Source of the DNA: Octopus sinensis
Taxonomy: Eukaryota
Reading direction: 5' to 3'
Length of the DNA: 64,000 bases
NCBI RefSeq assembly: GCF_006345805.1
Contig: NW_021825323.1
Coordinates: 186,001 to 250,000, forward strand
In this document: piece by piece, positions 27,971 through 40,840 of the stretch
How the letters are laid out: each line of letters starts with the position of its first letter
How positions within the stretch are numbered: position 1 is the first letter of the stretch
Made by a program: the position numbers and the translations under genes
The notes under the pieces: model-generated
Database searches by the model: none
What the model saw: only the letters and a program-made list of their open reading frames with translations
What the model was told of the DNA's origin: nothing

Positions 27971-29035
27971 TGTCACACTTTGACAAATCGTCAGTCTGAT
28001 AAATCGTTACTTGCAAAACATCATTAAATTGTTAAAAAAATAAAAAACTAAAAATTAATAAATAAAAATAAACATTTCCAAATTGTTGCTAGATAAAATT
28101 CAGGTAGGAAAATTTTCCGTGTCAACAAATAAAACATACAATACTAAAGAATACTAAATTACGGTATTAATCAACTGTCTATTTAAATGTTAGATTAACC
28201 ATTAATGAATTTATCAAAAAATTAATTAAGATATAAATAGTTAAAATTAATTAAAATATTTTTAATTGTCAATTTTTTATAAAAAATCTTTTTACGCAGA
28301 AACTGACTGTTTCATGAACTTTCAATTGGATTTTTCGGAAGAAACAGCCAGTCACTCGTTCTGTTCAACTGATCCTTGTATCCATTATGCCCATGGCCTT
28401 CCAGTTAAGTGCTTTATCGAAAACTTTTCGCATAAGTTTTCAATGTGCGTATTACAAAATTCTTTGCTGTTATCAGTTTTCAAAATGATATGTAGGCCGA
28501 CATAGTAAATCACATTTGAAAATAATCCAGTTATTTCCATTACGCTTTTGGTCTTGTGAAGATCGATCGTTGCATATTTCGAAAAAGAATCAATTACCAC
28601 AAAAACCTTATGAATAGACAAAAATTTCATACCAATAGAAAAGAATTGTTAACATATGAATATCTCTGGAGATCTATAAGATCGACAATATAACGGTCTC
28701 TCGGCCACGTACGATGATAAGAGTAATGGGTGGTTTGATTATAAGAGCCGTTTTGATTAAAAATAATCACACCTCTGCACAATCGCTGCGGACTCTGAAT
28801 TTTTTACGCCATACAAAGAAGTCTTTAATTTAGAAAAAAATTTTCATTAAAGTGTCTGTAGAAAATTCCCGCAAATGCATTCCGACACGCTAATTTAATT
28901 AATTTTTATAAATATTTCTTCTTACAATTAATATTATTTCCAACCTTCAATGGGTATAAACATTAAAAACAAAATTTCAATTTGATCTGAGTTGTAAGAC
29001 AAATTTGTCATACTGACGATTTGTACTATTCAGAA
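27971..29035 (-). mobile_element. Ginger-like element remnant with rve integrase fragment
   Basis: Left end TGTCACAC plus TGA(C/T)AAATCGT repeats, with an inverted counterpart near 28995-29030. Internal RYIVDLIDL, VVIDSFSKY, LKTDNSKEF, GRPW. Confidence 0.7.
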
Positions 29036-29574
29036 AATCTGATCGGAGTTCAAAATATTTTTGAACCATTCTCGAATGATGGATAGTTCGGACAGGTAAA
29101 GAAAGTGTAAAAAACCATGTGTTAGTTAGCAGTCTATGTGACCTTATCCGAAGCTATTTAAACATTCCAGGTTTCCAAATAATGTCGCTATTGCAGATAT
29201 TATTAAGAAATTTTAAAATACGGCTTTCATAATTGAACAAGCATATGATGCTTTAGAATCGTTGGAATTTGAAAATGACAACAAATTTATTAAAGAATAC
29301 ATAAATAAAAGTCTTCAAAAATCGATATTTTAAAAAATTAAAATATAAAATTCACACATATCTCCTCCCGAGTTTTCACTACTTCTGAATTGTCAGCCAA
29401 CGTTCGGTTGAAGGATGTTTCTCTGAGATAAAGAGTTTACTAAAATTCAACTGAAATTTTCTACCAGAAAATTTAGAAAATTATGTAATTTGTATCTGTA
29501 ACAAAAATTCCTCAAGCCAGAAAAATACTTCTAACGATAATACAACATTGTCTAATGGTAAATGCAGAAATGAT

Positions 29575-29880
29575 TTTACCAGATGTTCAAGCCAGATTCG
29601 GGAAAAGATGAGGTAAACGTGATCATATAGCAAATGTCCGTTGGATTACGGAGAAAGCCCATGAAGCCTAAAAGAGTGTATACATGTGCTTCATTGAGTA
29701 TCGGAAAGCTTTTGATTCCGTTATACACGACAAACTGTGGTCCACCTTAAAAAAATTTGGATTTGATGCTTATCTGATATTGCTTATCAAATCTTTTTAT
29801 AAGCACCAAGAAGCTAGTGTTAGAAAATTGTATGGAGATACCGACTGGTTCAAAGCTTGCCATACAAATCCTAAAGAATA
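29575..29880 (+). mobile_element. RTE-like reverse transcriptase fragment
   Basis: MCFIEYRKAFDSVIHDKLW, preceded by a degraded QAGFR..RDHIANVRWI-like segment. Confidence 0.75.
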
Positions 29881-29946
29881 GGTTTTCGCTAAACTCCTAT
29901 AAAAAATTTTGAAGCTAAAAAAGCAATGAATTTATTTAAAATAATG

Positions 29947-32900
29947 CTATCTCATTGATTGTCGACACATTGGACAGTTAAAGGAACTACTTGATGCGAA
30001 CCACTTCATCTAAAAATAAATTTTGAGGGATGATTACAATGCACGAATTATGAAACTTGTGACGACACACCTGACATTTGAAAGAAGGAAATTTTCCATT
30101 CGTTGAATCACTCGTTTGGAAGCAAATCGAGCATTCCGTTACATTACTGAACATATTTTCGATGGTCTCGTTGATTCGAGTAACCAGATCCGTGATTGAA
30201 GGAATCTTATTAATTACACAAACAGAAAGAACTCCATCAGAACTTTCGTAAAGTTTCTTTACAGAATAACACAGTTTTGTCCATTTCGGGACTGAACTAG
30301 AAATAGGTGAAGCATTAGTCGATCTATCGCGCAATAAAACTCCTTCGAATGGGAATAAGTAAGGGAATTTAATTTCCACGCAAATAATCTGGTCAAAGAA
30401 GTCCATTTTTGCCATCACTGTCGAGGCAGATGGACAAAGTTGAACCTATTGGTATAAATGAAAATATCAAACAATTATTCCAGGAATTTCACACTGAGAT
30501 CTTCGATATTCGTCAAACATACTTTGTTGAATACGACCACACAACGCCTCACCAACTTGACTTAAAAGCGTAATATGTTAAAACATACTCAATGACATCT
30601 CGCCGTTTATGATGACGATCCAACTTGTCGAACCAGGCTTTTGCAAGCCCATAAAACAATTTTATAGTTCTCTCCATCACTTTAATTACCAACGAAGATG
30701 CAATTTCGAAAGAATGAGCACAATATATATCAAAGGTAACAATTTCAGTCTCTCTAAATAAACAGTTGGATGGAAGAACAGCGAGTCCAATTTGGAACAG
30801 GGCAGGAACAAGTTTATGATTTTTTAAAACATTTGAGACATTGAATCCGCAAATCTGCGAAAATGAAATGAAAAATAACTTCTGAAAGACTTAAGACAAT
30901 GTCCCAGTGAAGTAGATAAGAAACGAGGCAACAATGAACTTCGGAGATGTGATTCTCGAGAATTTCATCAAACAGCCCTTCTACTTCTGAAATGACGGAT
31001 CCCATCTGGTGGGACAAATGGATCAAACACGGGATAACACTTTCATTTAAAAAAGTATTTCTAAATTAAAAATAAATCACTACAGAAAATCTGATGGTAC
31101 TGATGACTTTTCTCCATAGATTTGAAGGCAAAGTCTGAATTAGCATGAATGGTTACCGGACTATTATATGACAAATAGACATTAAAATGGAAGGATGAAC
31201 TGCAAAACTAAGAACTTTGAGAGACACGTTAATGATTTCAGGAATAATTGGACTGACAGAGATATCTGCACACTTCAATATCGAACTCATCAAAGTAATT
31301 GCCTGACACAGACCTACATGCAAAATCATTCCCGCCGACACATTATTAGTGGAGATTATCAGACTTGCAGATTTTGAAATCATAAAGTCTGTTAATGAAT
31401 ATTGAATACTACAAACTTAATAAATTTCGCAGATTTATGAGAAGTGTTTTAATAAGACGAGGAAAAAAGAATTCAATCCACTCCTCTGCAATACTTGTAC
31501 TGGAATTAGAATTGAATTCAGTGTCCAACTCGGAGACAAATTGTAGTGACTTGACCAACAGATTAATGCATATTTCATTTCGCAAATTGAATTTAATATT
31601 ACCAATATACTAAAAAATTCAAATTCATATCAACTTGACATGTATTGCTCAGATGACACATTATAAAGTCACTAGACTCCATAGGCAACGATAAAAAGTC
31701 TAGAGAACAAATTGTACGACAAAAGCATATTAATGCCGTGTTCATTTCAATGCACTCATCGGAATACACAGTACTATGTAAATGCCATAAAACAATACTT
31801 TGAATCGCCCATAAAATATGCCGGATTCTTATAAGATAATTTGGCGAGCTCCAAAAGGAGGGTTTTCGAAACTTGCTCACAGTCTTCTCTGCCACTCTTG
31901 ATATAACAATTGGTGGTCATAAGCAGTGAATAAATTTTAAAAAATGAATAGGGAGTATGTGGTACTTCCAAATTTATCCTTGATTCGCAAATATCGAAAA
32001 TCAAAGAATGCCAATCTTTAAGCTGGTGAGTAAACAAAATTGTTTCAATTAATATGAATTTAATTTCCGGAACATTTCTTTTAGTTAAAAAATGATAATA
32101 ATTTTTTTCAACTATCGAAAAGAACAAGTCTTTAGATAACGATGACTGTTTCGTCATAATAGAGACAAAAGGTTTAATCAGCAAGATAGAAGAAACTCTA
32201 ACAAATAAAGCAAAAAACTAACTCTGATAATAATGAATTGAATGACCATGTACACGAGTTCAATAAATAGTCAACGTTCATTAATGACATATCAATCGCA
32301 TTAAAATACTACAATTCGAGAAAAAAAGTACCTGAGAATGATAAGAAATAATCTCCTCGGCAAATTCCAAGTATAGTAAAAATGCACAAATATGGTCAAA
32401 AGTAAAACCAGTAATCGGAAGAGACAGTCGCGTAAGTTTAAGACATTCAATATACAAGGATAACAAGTCGAAAGAACTACTTTCATGAAAAATGAATCCT
32501 TTATAAGAAATAGACTGCAAATAGCCACTCTAATTAGTTGTAACAATCGAAATCTACCTTCTTTAAAATTGTCTCAATTTGAAATAAAACTGTCTGACAA
32601 TTTTTGATTGTAAGCAAATACGGGTAATTCAACCAAAATGACCGTGAATCCTGAGGATTATAACCTTCCTTGTTGTTCTGCTCGGCTGCCCGACACACAG
32701 TCAACATTTTAGAAAGTCTATAATAAAACAATTCGACAAAACATTTGATTCTGTAGTGAGATGTCTAAAAATGAAGTATCACGTATATTCCTTTCAAAAA
32801 ACAACCCCCTCGCCTTTTCATCAATTAAGAAGGCAGAAATAGTTTCAATCACAACTTTCGCAAGTTCAGAGTCGTCTTCGAGTTCCTTCAAACGAAAAAA

Positions 32901-35379
32901 TAAACAATCCACAACCAAATCTTGATAATCAGTCCGATAGAGCTAAATGAATAATCATGATATATTACAGTTTTCTGGATTACTAATAATCGCTTAACCA
33001 TGGGAGAAATTGATACCATGTCGTGAGTCTTAAGAATATCAATAACAACATCCAACAGGGATTTTACGTCTGATAAATTGGAAATCAAATCAAAAACAGA
33101 TAAAATTTCAGCAATGTTTTCAAAATCGCATAAAACAACAAGCCTTGTGATATTTTCATGAACACAAGACACTCCCGAAGTATCTATCCAATCGAGAAAT
33201 TCCTTCCTTGTATTTCCAATAAGCAAATGTGGTAAAAACAACACAAACATCTGAGAGACTAAACATTCTTGATGAAGAAATAATTCATCAAATATATGAC
33301 TAGGATGATCACTTTGAGAAATGAGTTTTTGCACAATGCTAGCAATTTTGAATGAGCAATCCCTCAATTCGATATTGGAAGGTTTAATTTCTGATTCAAG
33401 AAATAATCGGACAAATTTACTACAGTTTTCAAATTCTTCAAAAATAATTGAAAATATTATAGCAGTATCCAGAACTGAATCAATGATATAAACTTTGTCC
33501 ATCCACAGTAAACTCTCTGAGAGACCAGAAGAAAATATCAATTTCTTCAATGTCAGGCAAATATCTGGTACAAACTCCTGTGGCCACTTTCTACAATTAT
33601 CGAGATCTTTATTGCCAGAGTTAATGTGCGATCCAAGAGTTTTTGAGTAAAACACAGATTTGTGGACCAAAGCATCCACAAGCTTAGCAACAATAGAACA
33701 ATCCACAGTCCCTGTGTTTATAGTACTGAATAATTTCCGAATAGTTTCCTTAATTCTGAATAAGCTGTTCTTGTTGCCATCATTAAAAACTACTTCCCAT
33801 TCATTGAGGATCAGGTCTAGCAACATTTTAAATAATTCGAAATCTGACAAAAAAGAGTACTTGCCGGAAATGGATTTTTCAACTACTTCAGTAATCTAGA
33901 AAACTAATACAAGAATAATACAATCAAGAGAAATGAATTGAAACAAGTGTCTTCGTCTCGAATTATATTGGGCACAGAATAGGCAAAAATGAGGATCAAA
34001 TACTTCGCATTTGTGGAATGTTGATTTGGAAGACACAATCTAGGACTCTTTAACCAAAATCATACCCTACAAGGGTAGACGAAAGTAGTTGATTCCCATA
34101 ATCAGAATGTCCAAAGTGCGCAAAAGATTGCAAAATAAAGTTAATATTATTGTACAAAACATCGGCATTATACTCTGTCCTCAGAACTCGAAATATTTTA
34201 GGAACAATAGTCCTTTCAAAATCTACTGACAGCCAACAACGTCTTGATTTAGTCCAAATCACAGAAGAAGTAATCCACGCCATTTGTTGAACATGGATTG
34301 ACTTGTGTCCCAATTTAGAATACACAGAAAGACATATTTTGCCGAAGATATCATCATTCAGCGTCGATTCGAGTATATTCACGACACTCCCAATCAGTCT
34401 CATCGCTGATATAATCACCTAAAATCTCAGTCGACATTACTACCGAGTCATCACAATTCCCCTTTAAATTTGTCCAAAATTGGTTAGAATTGAATAATTG
34501 TGAGATGTAATCTGATATATTCCCAACTCGAATGAGCATGTACTCGACTACGTTCAAAGACTGAGATACAATATTGCTTGCATCATCCTTTGATGATTCT
34601 TCCTCCTTATTTCTAAGCATGAACCATCGAAATTTACTTTTTTGTCACTAATAACTGAGGAGAGAGGATTGAGTACATCATTGCCTGGTTTTATTATTCA
34701 TACAAATACTTTTAATATATTTTCAGATATTCTTGTCAATAAGAGCTGCTGCTTCTCTGGTTTTAAAAATTCGTCGAAGGATTCCCGAGCTCTTGTTGCA
34801 ACGGCAGGGGAATGGTCAAATAGTCCTCTGAGCCACGACTCCAAAACTGAAGTTCCCATTTTCCCCTCAAGTTCATCTTTCTTTGTCTCAATGCCAAGAA
34901 AATATGCGGAACGTCTACCAAGTTTCGTAAAAATATGTCCGTTTAATTGATGGGCCTTTAGACGAACACTAGAACACACATCCTACAAAAATCCATTCAC
35001 AAAACTCACTGTGGATAGACGGGGAAAAAGATTAACCCACGCCATGGCTATTGATTCCAGATTAACATCATCTTCACAGAGTTTCATAAGCTCTTCAATT
35101 CCCTAAAAATTAATATTTTGTGGATACTTTGATTTTTGTTGTTGATTCCTTTTTTAAAATTTTCTTTATGGTTAAAGATGCACTTTCCAAATTTACGTTA
35201 TTTATCTTTATCGCCCCAAATGAGATTGAGGAATGATTTGTATCATATGTTGTAGTGACACGTTTTTGCAAATATGCTGCTGCCTTTGAACTCGCAGCCA
35301 TCTTTAATAATAAATAGTTTACACAAATTACCGTTGGGCGACCTTTAACACGGCAGGCATCCTTGATCTTCTTTGGCAT
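29947..35379 (-). CDS. LTN1: Listerin E3 ubiquitin ligase (ribosome quality control)
   Basis: N-terminal KGR...SSKAAAYL and WLRGLFD..PAVA..A..SF motifs, a long helical middle region, and a C-terminal RING ECSIC...CQVCRHKFHNSC|KWFASSSSFNCPMCR after splicing. Confidence 0.92.
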
Positions 35380-35479
35380 TCAAAAGCCCACACGATATAC
35401 AACAATTTTATTACTTTTATTATATATTAATAAATTTATAATCGTTTTTAAAAATATTTTATATAAGGACAGTCACGAT

Positions 35480-36560
35480 TTTCTGTCTCCAAATCACAGT
35501 GATTTCAGAGAAGGACGTTCAACCGCAGACGTCCTGTGGGGCCACCGATGGCGGCGCGCAACCCACACAGATATCTAAGCCCCATAAAAATCATGGGCAT
35601 CGATTTTTCAAGAGTCCATCCGTCGAGACTAACCCAGGAGAATCCTGAAAAGTTTTTTAAACGAAGATGACATCAGAATGATAAGAGTGTTACTTACAAA
35701 AACGGAACTTACTGTTCGCCTTAGAACAACATCGTACAGACCTTTACTGAGACCTTTACTGACAAATGTGGAAACCCCTCAAGGCGACTCTCTCGCCTCT
35801 GCTGTTACTACCTCAAGGCTGCCTTGCGAGAGTTGAGAAGCCTATATGAGGAGCCAATCACCGAAGTAATTTACGCTGATGACGTCGACTTGGTGTCAAC
35901 CGACAAATCCGCGCTCCTTAGACTATTGGAGATTGCACCGGGAAAACTTGGAGAATGGTTCATAATTATGAACACGGACAAGACGTTGTCGATGTATCAC
36001 GTTCGGATACCCAGCTTATGGAAACATGGAGACTGTCGAAAAAGCTTGGGTCACTGCTTGGAGACCAGGGGGACATAATGCGCCGAAAAACTCTGGCCGC
36101 TACTGCTCCAAAAACCGTCATGAAAGACTGGTTATGACATTGTCCTGTGCACTCCTCACTACGCTCTAAAATCAACAATGCCTTTGTAAAATTAGTCTTA
36201 ATGTATAATTCATCTACATGGGGCATTTCCGATACCGAACAAAGGTATCTTGTCTTCTTTCACAGAAAACAACTTCGTGTCCTAAATGGCATACACTAGT
36301 CTTAAAAAATCAACAACTAGCTCAGAAACTCGGCGCCAATCAGCCGTGACGGCCGCTGGAGACTATTCGGGCACATCCTAAGTATGTACTCAACTGCACC
36401 TGCCTAGCAGTGCTTCCTGGCAGATTGGCCAAAATTTCGTGGACTATCCTGAACAACACTGCTAGCCGTTTTGCAATAGGACCTAATTTGCTCGGGGAAA
36501 ACCCTAAACAACTGCGATGACCTGGAAGAACTCTGCAGGCAGGTCTAAAACCGTGGAGGA
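35480..36560 (+). mobile_element. Degraded non-LTR retrotransposon RT (RTE/RTEX-like)
   Basis: GRSTADVLW, MGIDF, PQGDSL, IYADDVDL, KKLGSLLG, with many frameshifts. Confidence 0.8.
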
Positions 36561-37249
36561 TAAAAAAGATGCAATTTATTGAAAAAAATTATAATAATAT
36601 GTGGCATGGCCAACCTCTCTGTTACATGTCCGTTACCTATGAACTTTACAAATTAATAAATAGACATTTAATTGTTCTTTTAAATTAAAAATCAAAACCG
36701 ATTTTTTTTGTCATTTAAAATTATACCTACACGTGAATTTCGGCCTATACTTCTACGCGTGAATTGGACAACATTGTGACTATTTCGCAAGTATCAGAAT
36801 AGTTGGATTCGAATTTATCCAACATTAAAGAGGATTCGTCTCGTAATCCTTTATAATCCGAACTTTAATGAGATTAAAAAATAATTTTATCCCCTATGGC
36901 ATAATTGTATTTACTAAAATGCACGTCCATTTTTAATTCTTCCATTAATAATCATATGTATTTAAAAATTAAAGAATGCTTCTTTTGATAATTCTTAAGA
37001 TAACTTAAAATATTGCACCTCTTACGTTCTATATTTTTTTGTTCCTATAATTCCCCGATAACGCTTAAATGGGGTCTCATTTGAAACCCTTATACCCAGA
37101 CATATTCAAGTGTTAGAAACCACGCTCTTTAAATTGATTTACTTTTGCTTAGGTTTAACTAGAATTATTGATTCAATTGCAAAACATAATTCAATTGCAA
37201 TGTTTAACTAGAAATATTGATTTATCTACACTCTTCCATACAATCCGAC

Positions 37250-37450
37250 CCTTCGCCAAGCCAGACTTCGTTTTGGGGGCACTTTCAAAGTCATTCTGCT
37301 TTGTCCCCCTTACCTTTGAGACCAGTGGTGTATTCGTGCGCTTCTTTTGAAGATCGGAACACGGATCTCCACCGCTGCGAGATGGGCCGGCTATTCGAAA
37401 GAATCTTTTTTTCCAGCCACTGGGGCAATTGTCCCCGGCGTATCTGAATT
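37250..37450 (+). mobile_element. CRE-type endonuclease 3' remnant
   Basis: FVPLTFETSG motif shared with the other CRE remnants; GC-rich island. Confidence 0.55.
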
Positions 37451-37727
37451 ATTTATTCCCTAAGTTTTTTTGAGCTAATTATAATAATTGTCTTTAAACA
37501 AAATTGAAACTAAACTGTTGAATAAATTGGATTGATGCATAAGATTTTCCGAGCTCTAACGTCTAAACCACAACTATTCTCATTAATTCATAAATATTCT
37601 CGTTGAATCTCCAAGCATTATCATTGAAGTTTCAGGGATTAGCGTTTAACCTTCAATCATTAAAGTTTTACAGGTAAGCATTAACGTTTTTCCAAAAATT
37701 AACTAAAAGCGGTGTTAGAAATAGCTA

Positions 37728-38520
37728 CAGTTTTTTTAAAAAAACGTGATCATCTGAAAATTTATGTTTTTTAATTTTTGTGACGTGATCGTTTGAGAAT
37801 GTATTTTTTTAATTTTTGTGACTTATCTTTACAAATTTCCGAGAAATATTAAATTTAAAATCTTGATATTGATGTCATCTCAAAGTTTTTCTATCAAAAA
37901 GTATTTAATTGCGGAATAATTAAGATTAGTGGGTTCATAGAAAACAATTTCCAAAAAATTCAATGTTTCGGAATTTTTGTGCTCAGGTCAGTGCAAAAAT
38001 GAAAACCATATGCCTTTTTTACGTGCAGTGGGTTCTGGTAGTCTAGAAAAGCTTACTCCGGAGATTTCAAACGCAATATTGACAAATATGGTAAAAATCA
38101 TTTTTCCCATTTACAAGAAATTACAATTGCATTGAATTAGAGCATAAAGTACGACTTTTCGATCAACAATAAACAATGCTTGAAATTTTTTCGGAATAGA
38201 AAATCAAAAACCGTGTAAAAAACCGTTATCACGACCAGTAAGTATGTTAAAAATATATTTGCTCAAAATTATTTAGGAATCTTATCTGAAGATCTAAGAA
38301 AAATTATTTTCTCTGATAATACAAAATTCGAGGTATTTTCATCAATAAATAGAAATAATATTCGATATTTTCACGGTGAAAGATATCATTCGGAAAAAAT
38401 TATATCCACGGTTAAATTTGGCAGAGGAAGTGTTTTAAACTGGGTCTGTATTTTGTCTAAAAGAGTGGGCCGGCTCGTTTTTACATCAGTATAAAAGATT
38501 ACCTCAAGTTATTCCAAATT
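37728..38520 (+). mobile_element. Decayed Tc1-family transposon (left end plus DDE fragment)
   Basis: TA|CAGTTTTTTTAAAAAACGTGATCATCTGAAAA resembles the MITE TIR at 45602. Downstream IIFSDNTKF and STVKFGRGSVLNW are Tc1 motifs. Confidence 0.7.
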
Positions 38521-38941
38521 TGAATCTTGCATATTTACAACCCTAATCTCGTTTCTCAAATTTTATAGAAATTATATTTTCTGTATGGAAGCATCTTGTT
38601 ATTTTTGAGAATTTTAACAGCGAATTAGAATTGAAAAATTGCATTACTGAAAAATGAATAAAATAATTATTGATTATTGTGACTTTTTATCGCAAAATAC
38701 TCAAATATTTTTATTACCGAGCAGAAAATAATAATTCATGAATAGCTGCTTTGATTCTTTAAAAACTGCTCTTTTGATTTCTGGAAAAACTTTAATGCTT
38801 GCTTATAAAATATTAATAATTGCGGTTTAAACGCAAATGCATGGGGCTTAAATCCTCGGAGGTTTAACAAATATAGTTAGAGCTTCAAGTAGTAAACCTA
38901 TCCAAATCAATAAAAGAACATGCAGTTTTGTTATACAATTA

Positions 38942-39238
38942 GGTGTTTTTGATTATGGGAGGTTATTCTCGCATATAACTCAATGATGGGAAAAATTTTA
39001 GAAGATAGAATCTATCTAGCCACTATCAAAGAATATATCCGAGATAAGTACTCCGTTTCCTTTAATATCAAATTGGATATCAAGACACTGTCTAAGTATC
39101 AATCTTGCTGACCACAATCAACGGGAAGAACCTACACTCTATTATTTTTAAAAGCGTGAATGAATGTTGTGTTTACGCTTAAAATTTTTCCCATCATTGA
39201 GTTATATGCGAGGATAACCTCCCATAATCAAAAACACC
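38942..39238. mobile_element. 297-bp MITE with ~59-bp TIRs and TA duplication
   Basis: GGTGTTTTTGATTATGGGAGGTTAT(T/C)CTCGCATATAACTCAATGATGGGAAAAATTTT is inverted at both ends with 1 mismatch and TA on both flanks. Confidence 0.85.
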
Positions 39239-39331
39239 TATTTTCAGAGGGTGACAAACTCTGTAGATTCTTTAAAAAATACAAGAAAACCATGGATCAT
39301 TGTACTACCAGATTTAGAAAAGGCTACGCAA

Positions 39332-39816
39332 TCTCAATAATAAAATGGTATGGTGTGTGTCTGTCTGTGTGTGCACCAACTTCAAATTGGCAAAGTACAG
39401 ATATATTGTTAAAATTCTTTTCTCTTCCCAAATGATAAGGTTCTCCAAAAATTTCCACCCAAAAAACTAACGTATCAAGAATATTCGCGATGATGAGGTA
39501 CTTAAAACCTTCCCGCCAAAAAAATCTTCTGGATTTGGTTAAAATGAACAACACCCATGTCCCCGATTCACACAATGAGGTCCTTAAACTTTTCCTCCAA
39601 AAAAATTAAAAAAAAATTTCTCCATTTTGGTTGAAATGAACGACAAGCATGTCCTCGACTCACATGACAGGTCCTTAAAACCTTTCCGCAAAAAAATAAG
39701 TTTCTGCATTTTGGTTAATATGAACAACGTGAATGTTCTCAACACTCATGATGAGGTCCATTAATACCTTCCAGGCAAAAATCTTACATATCAAGAATAT
39801 CCTCGATAAAAACGAG
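39332..39816 (+). mobile_element. Helitron-like 5' end with (GT/CTGT) microsatellite and ~4 degenerate ~90-bp repeats
   Basis: A|TCTCAATAATAAAATGGTATGGTGTGTGTCTGTC is nearly identical to the start at 54430; the repeat units resemble the 96-bp satellite. Confidence 0.7.
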
Positions 39817-39828
39817 AGCGAGAATATT

Positions 39829-40291
39829 GTTGTTGTTGTTGTTGCATAACCCCGGTCTCACATTAGGGTATGAGACCGGCGGCTAGCAGAAACAACAGCG
39901 CCTTCGCGGGTTGCTCCCAAAGGACCTCGGGGGAGTGGACAGCAAATTTCCTGCGGACAGGGAGGAGAACAGGGCAGCGGAAAAGGTGATCAGTTGAGTG
40001 ATCTTCGGCACAGCAGAGGTTGCATACCGGGGAGATCACGGCGTTCAATGAGTGAGCGTAGGAGTTTAGAGAGTGGTGGTGGCCCGAGCGGAAACGAGCA
40101 AGGTTGATCTGAGCGGAACGCTCCAGAAGCATTTCGGAGGGGTGAACTTCTGGAGGAAGTTTGTTGAGGACAGAGTTAGGCTTCAGCCTTAGAATGGACG
40201 ACGTTGAAATGAAGTCGTGGATTTTTTTCATTGGCTGTGAACATTGGTTTAGGCCATTGATTTTGGCAAGTACCCGGGAGTATAGTTTGGC
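39829..40291 (-). mobile_element. 5'-truncated LINE 3' end with (CAA)n tail and 12-bp TSD
   Basis: ORF with LARFRSGH...CNLC...DHLFRCP zinc knuckle; TSD AGCGAGAATATT at 39817-39828 and 40292-40303. Confidence 0.9.
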
Positions 40292-40510
40292 AGCGAGAAT
40301 ATTAACAGTGATTAACTCCTAATTATTCGCGATAAAGGAATTCAATTCATCCTAAGATATTCTCTTTAAAATTAATGCCAATGTATCATTATCGACCATG
40401 AATAAAAATACAAGCTATTATTCTATTTGGCCTTGACGAGTATGCAATTAACAGGTTTTGAAAAGCACTTTAACGGCTATAACCACATTAGCACCTAATT
40501 AACACAATTG

Positions 40511-40684
40511 GAGGAATAAGTGGGAAATCGCTTCGCTTCCTAAAGAAGCTTCTCCAGTTGATCTCCGTTGCTATCGTGAGAGGCAACGCAACGTCAATTA
40601 TGTTGGCGGGGTCCACTTCGAATGAATGGCTTATTGAATAGATTATAATGATTGCTGGAAAGAGAAAAAAATTAATTTAAAAAA
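40511..40684 (+). mobile_element. 5'-truncated CRE-type 3' end with 14-bp TSD
   Basis: Encodes LISVAIVRGNATSIM; A-rich tail; TSD AATTAACACAATTG at 40497-40510 and 40685-40698. Confidence 0.85.
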
Positions 40685-40775
40685 AATTAACACAATTGAC
40701 CACCAATTGACAGGTAAGAGTGTAAGTAAATTTGGTTTTAAAATCAGCGATATTCATAATATAAATACTTTAGAT

Positions 40776-40835
40776 CAGTGGTTCCCAACCTGGGGTCCGC
40801 GGAGCCAGTTTTGGGGTTCCGCGAAATTTATTATA
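40776..40835 (+). mobile_element. Solitary hAT terminus
   Basis: CAGTGGTTCCCAACCTGGGGTCCGCGG is a typical Charlie-like end; it abuts the truncated CRE ORF. Confidence 0.7.
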
Positions 40836-40840
40836 TTTAT

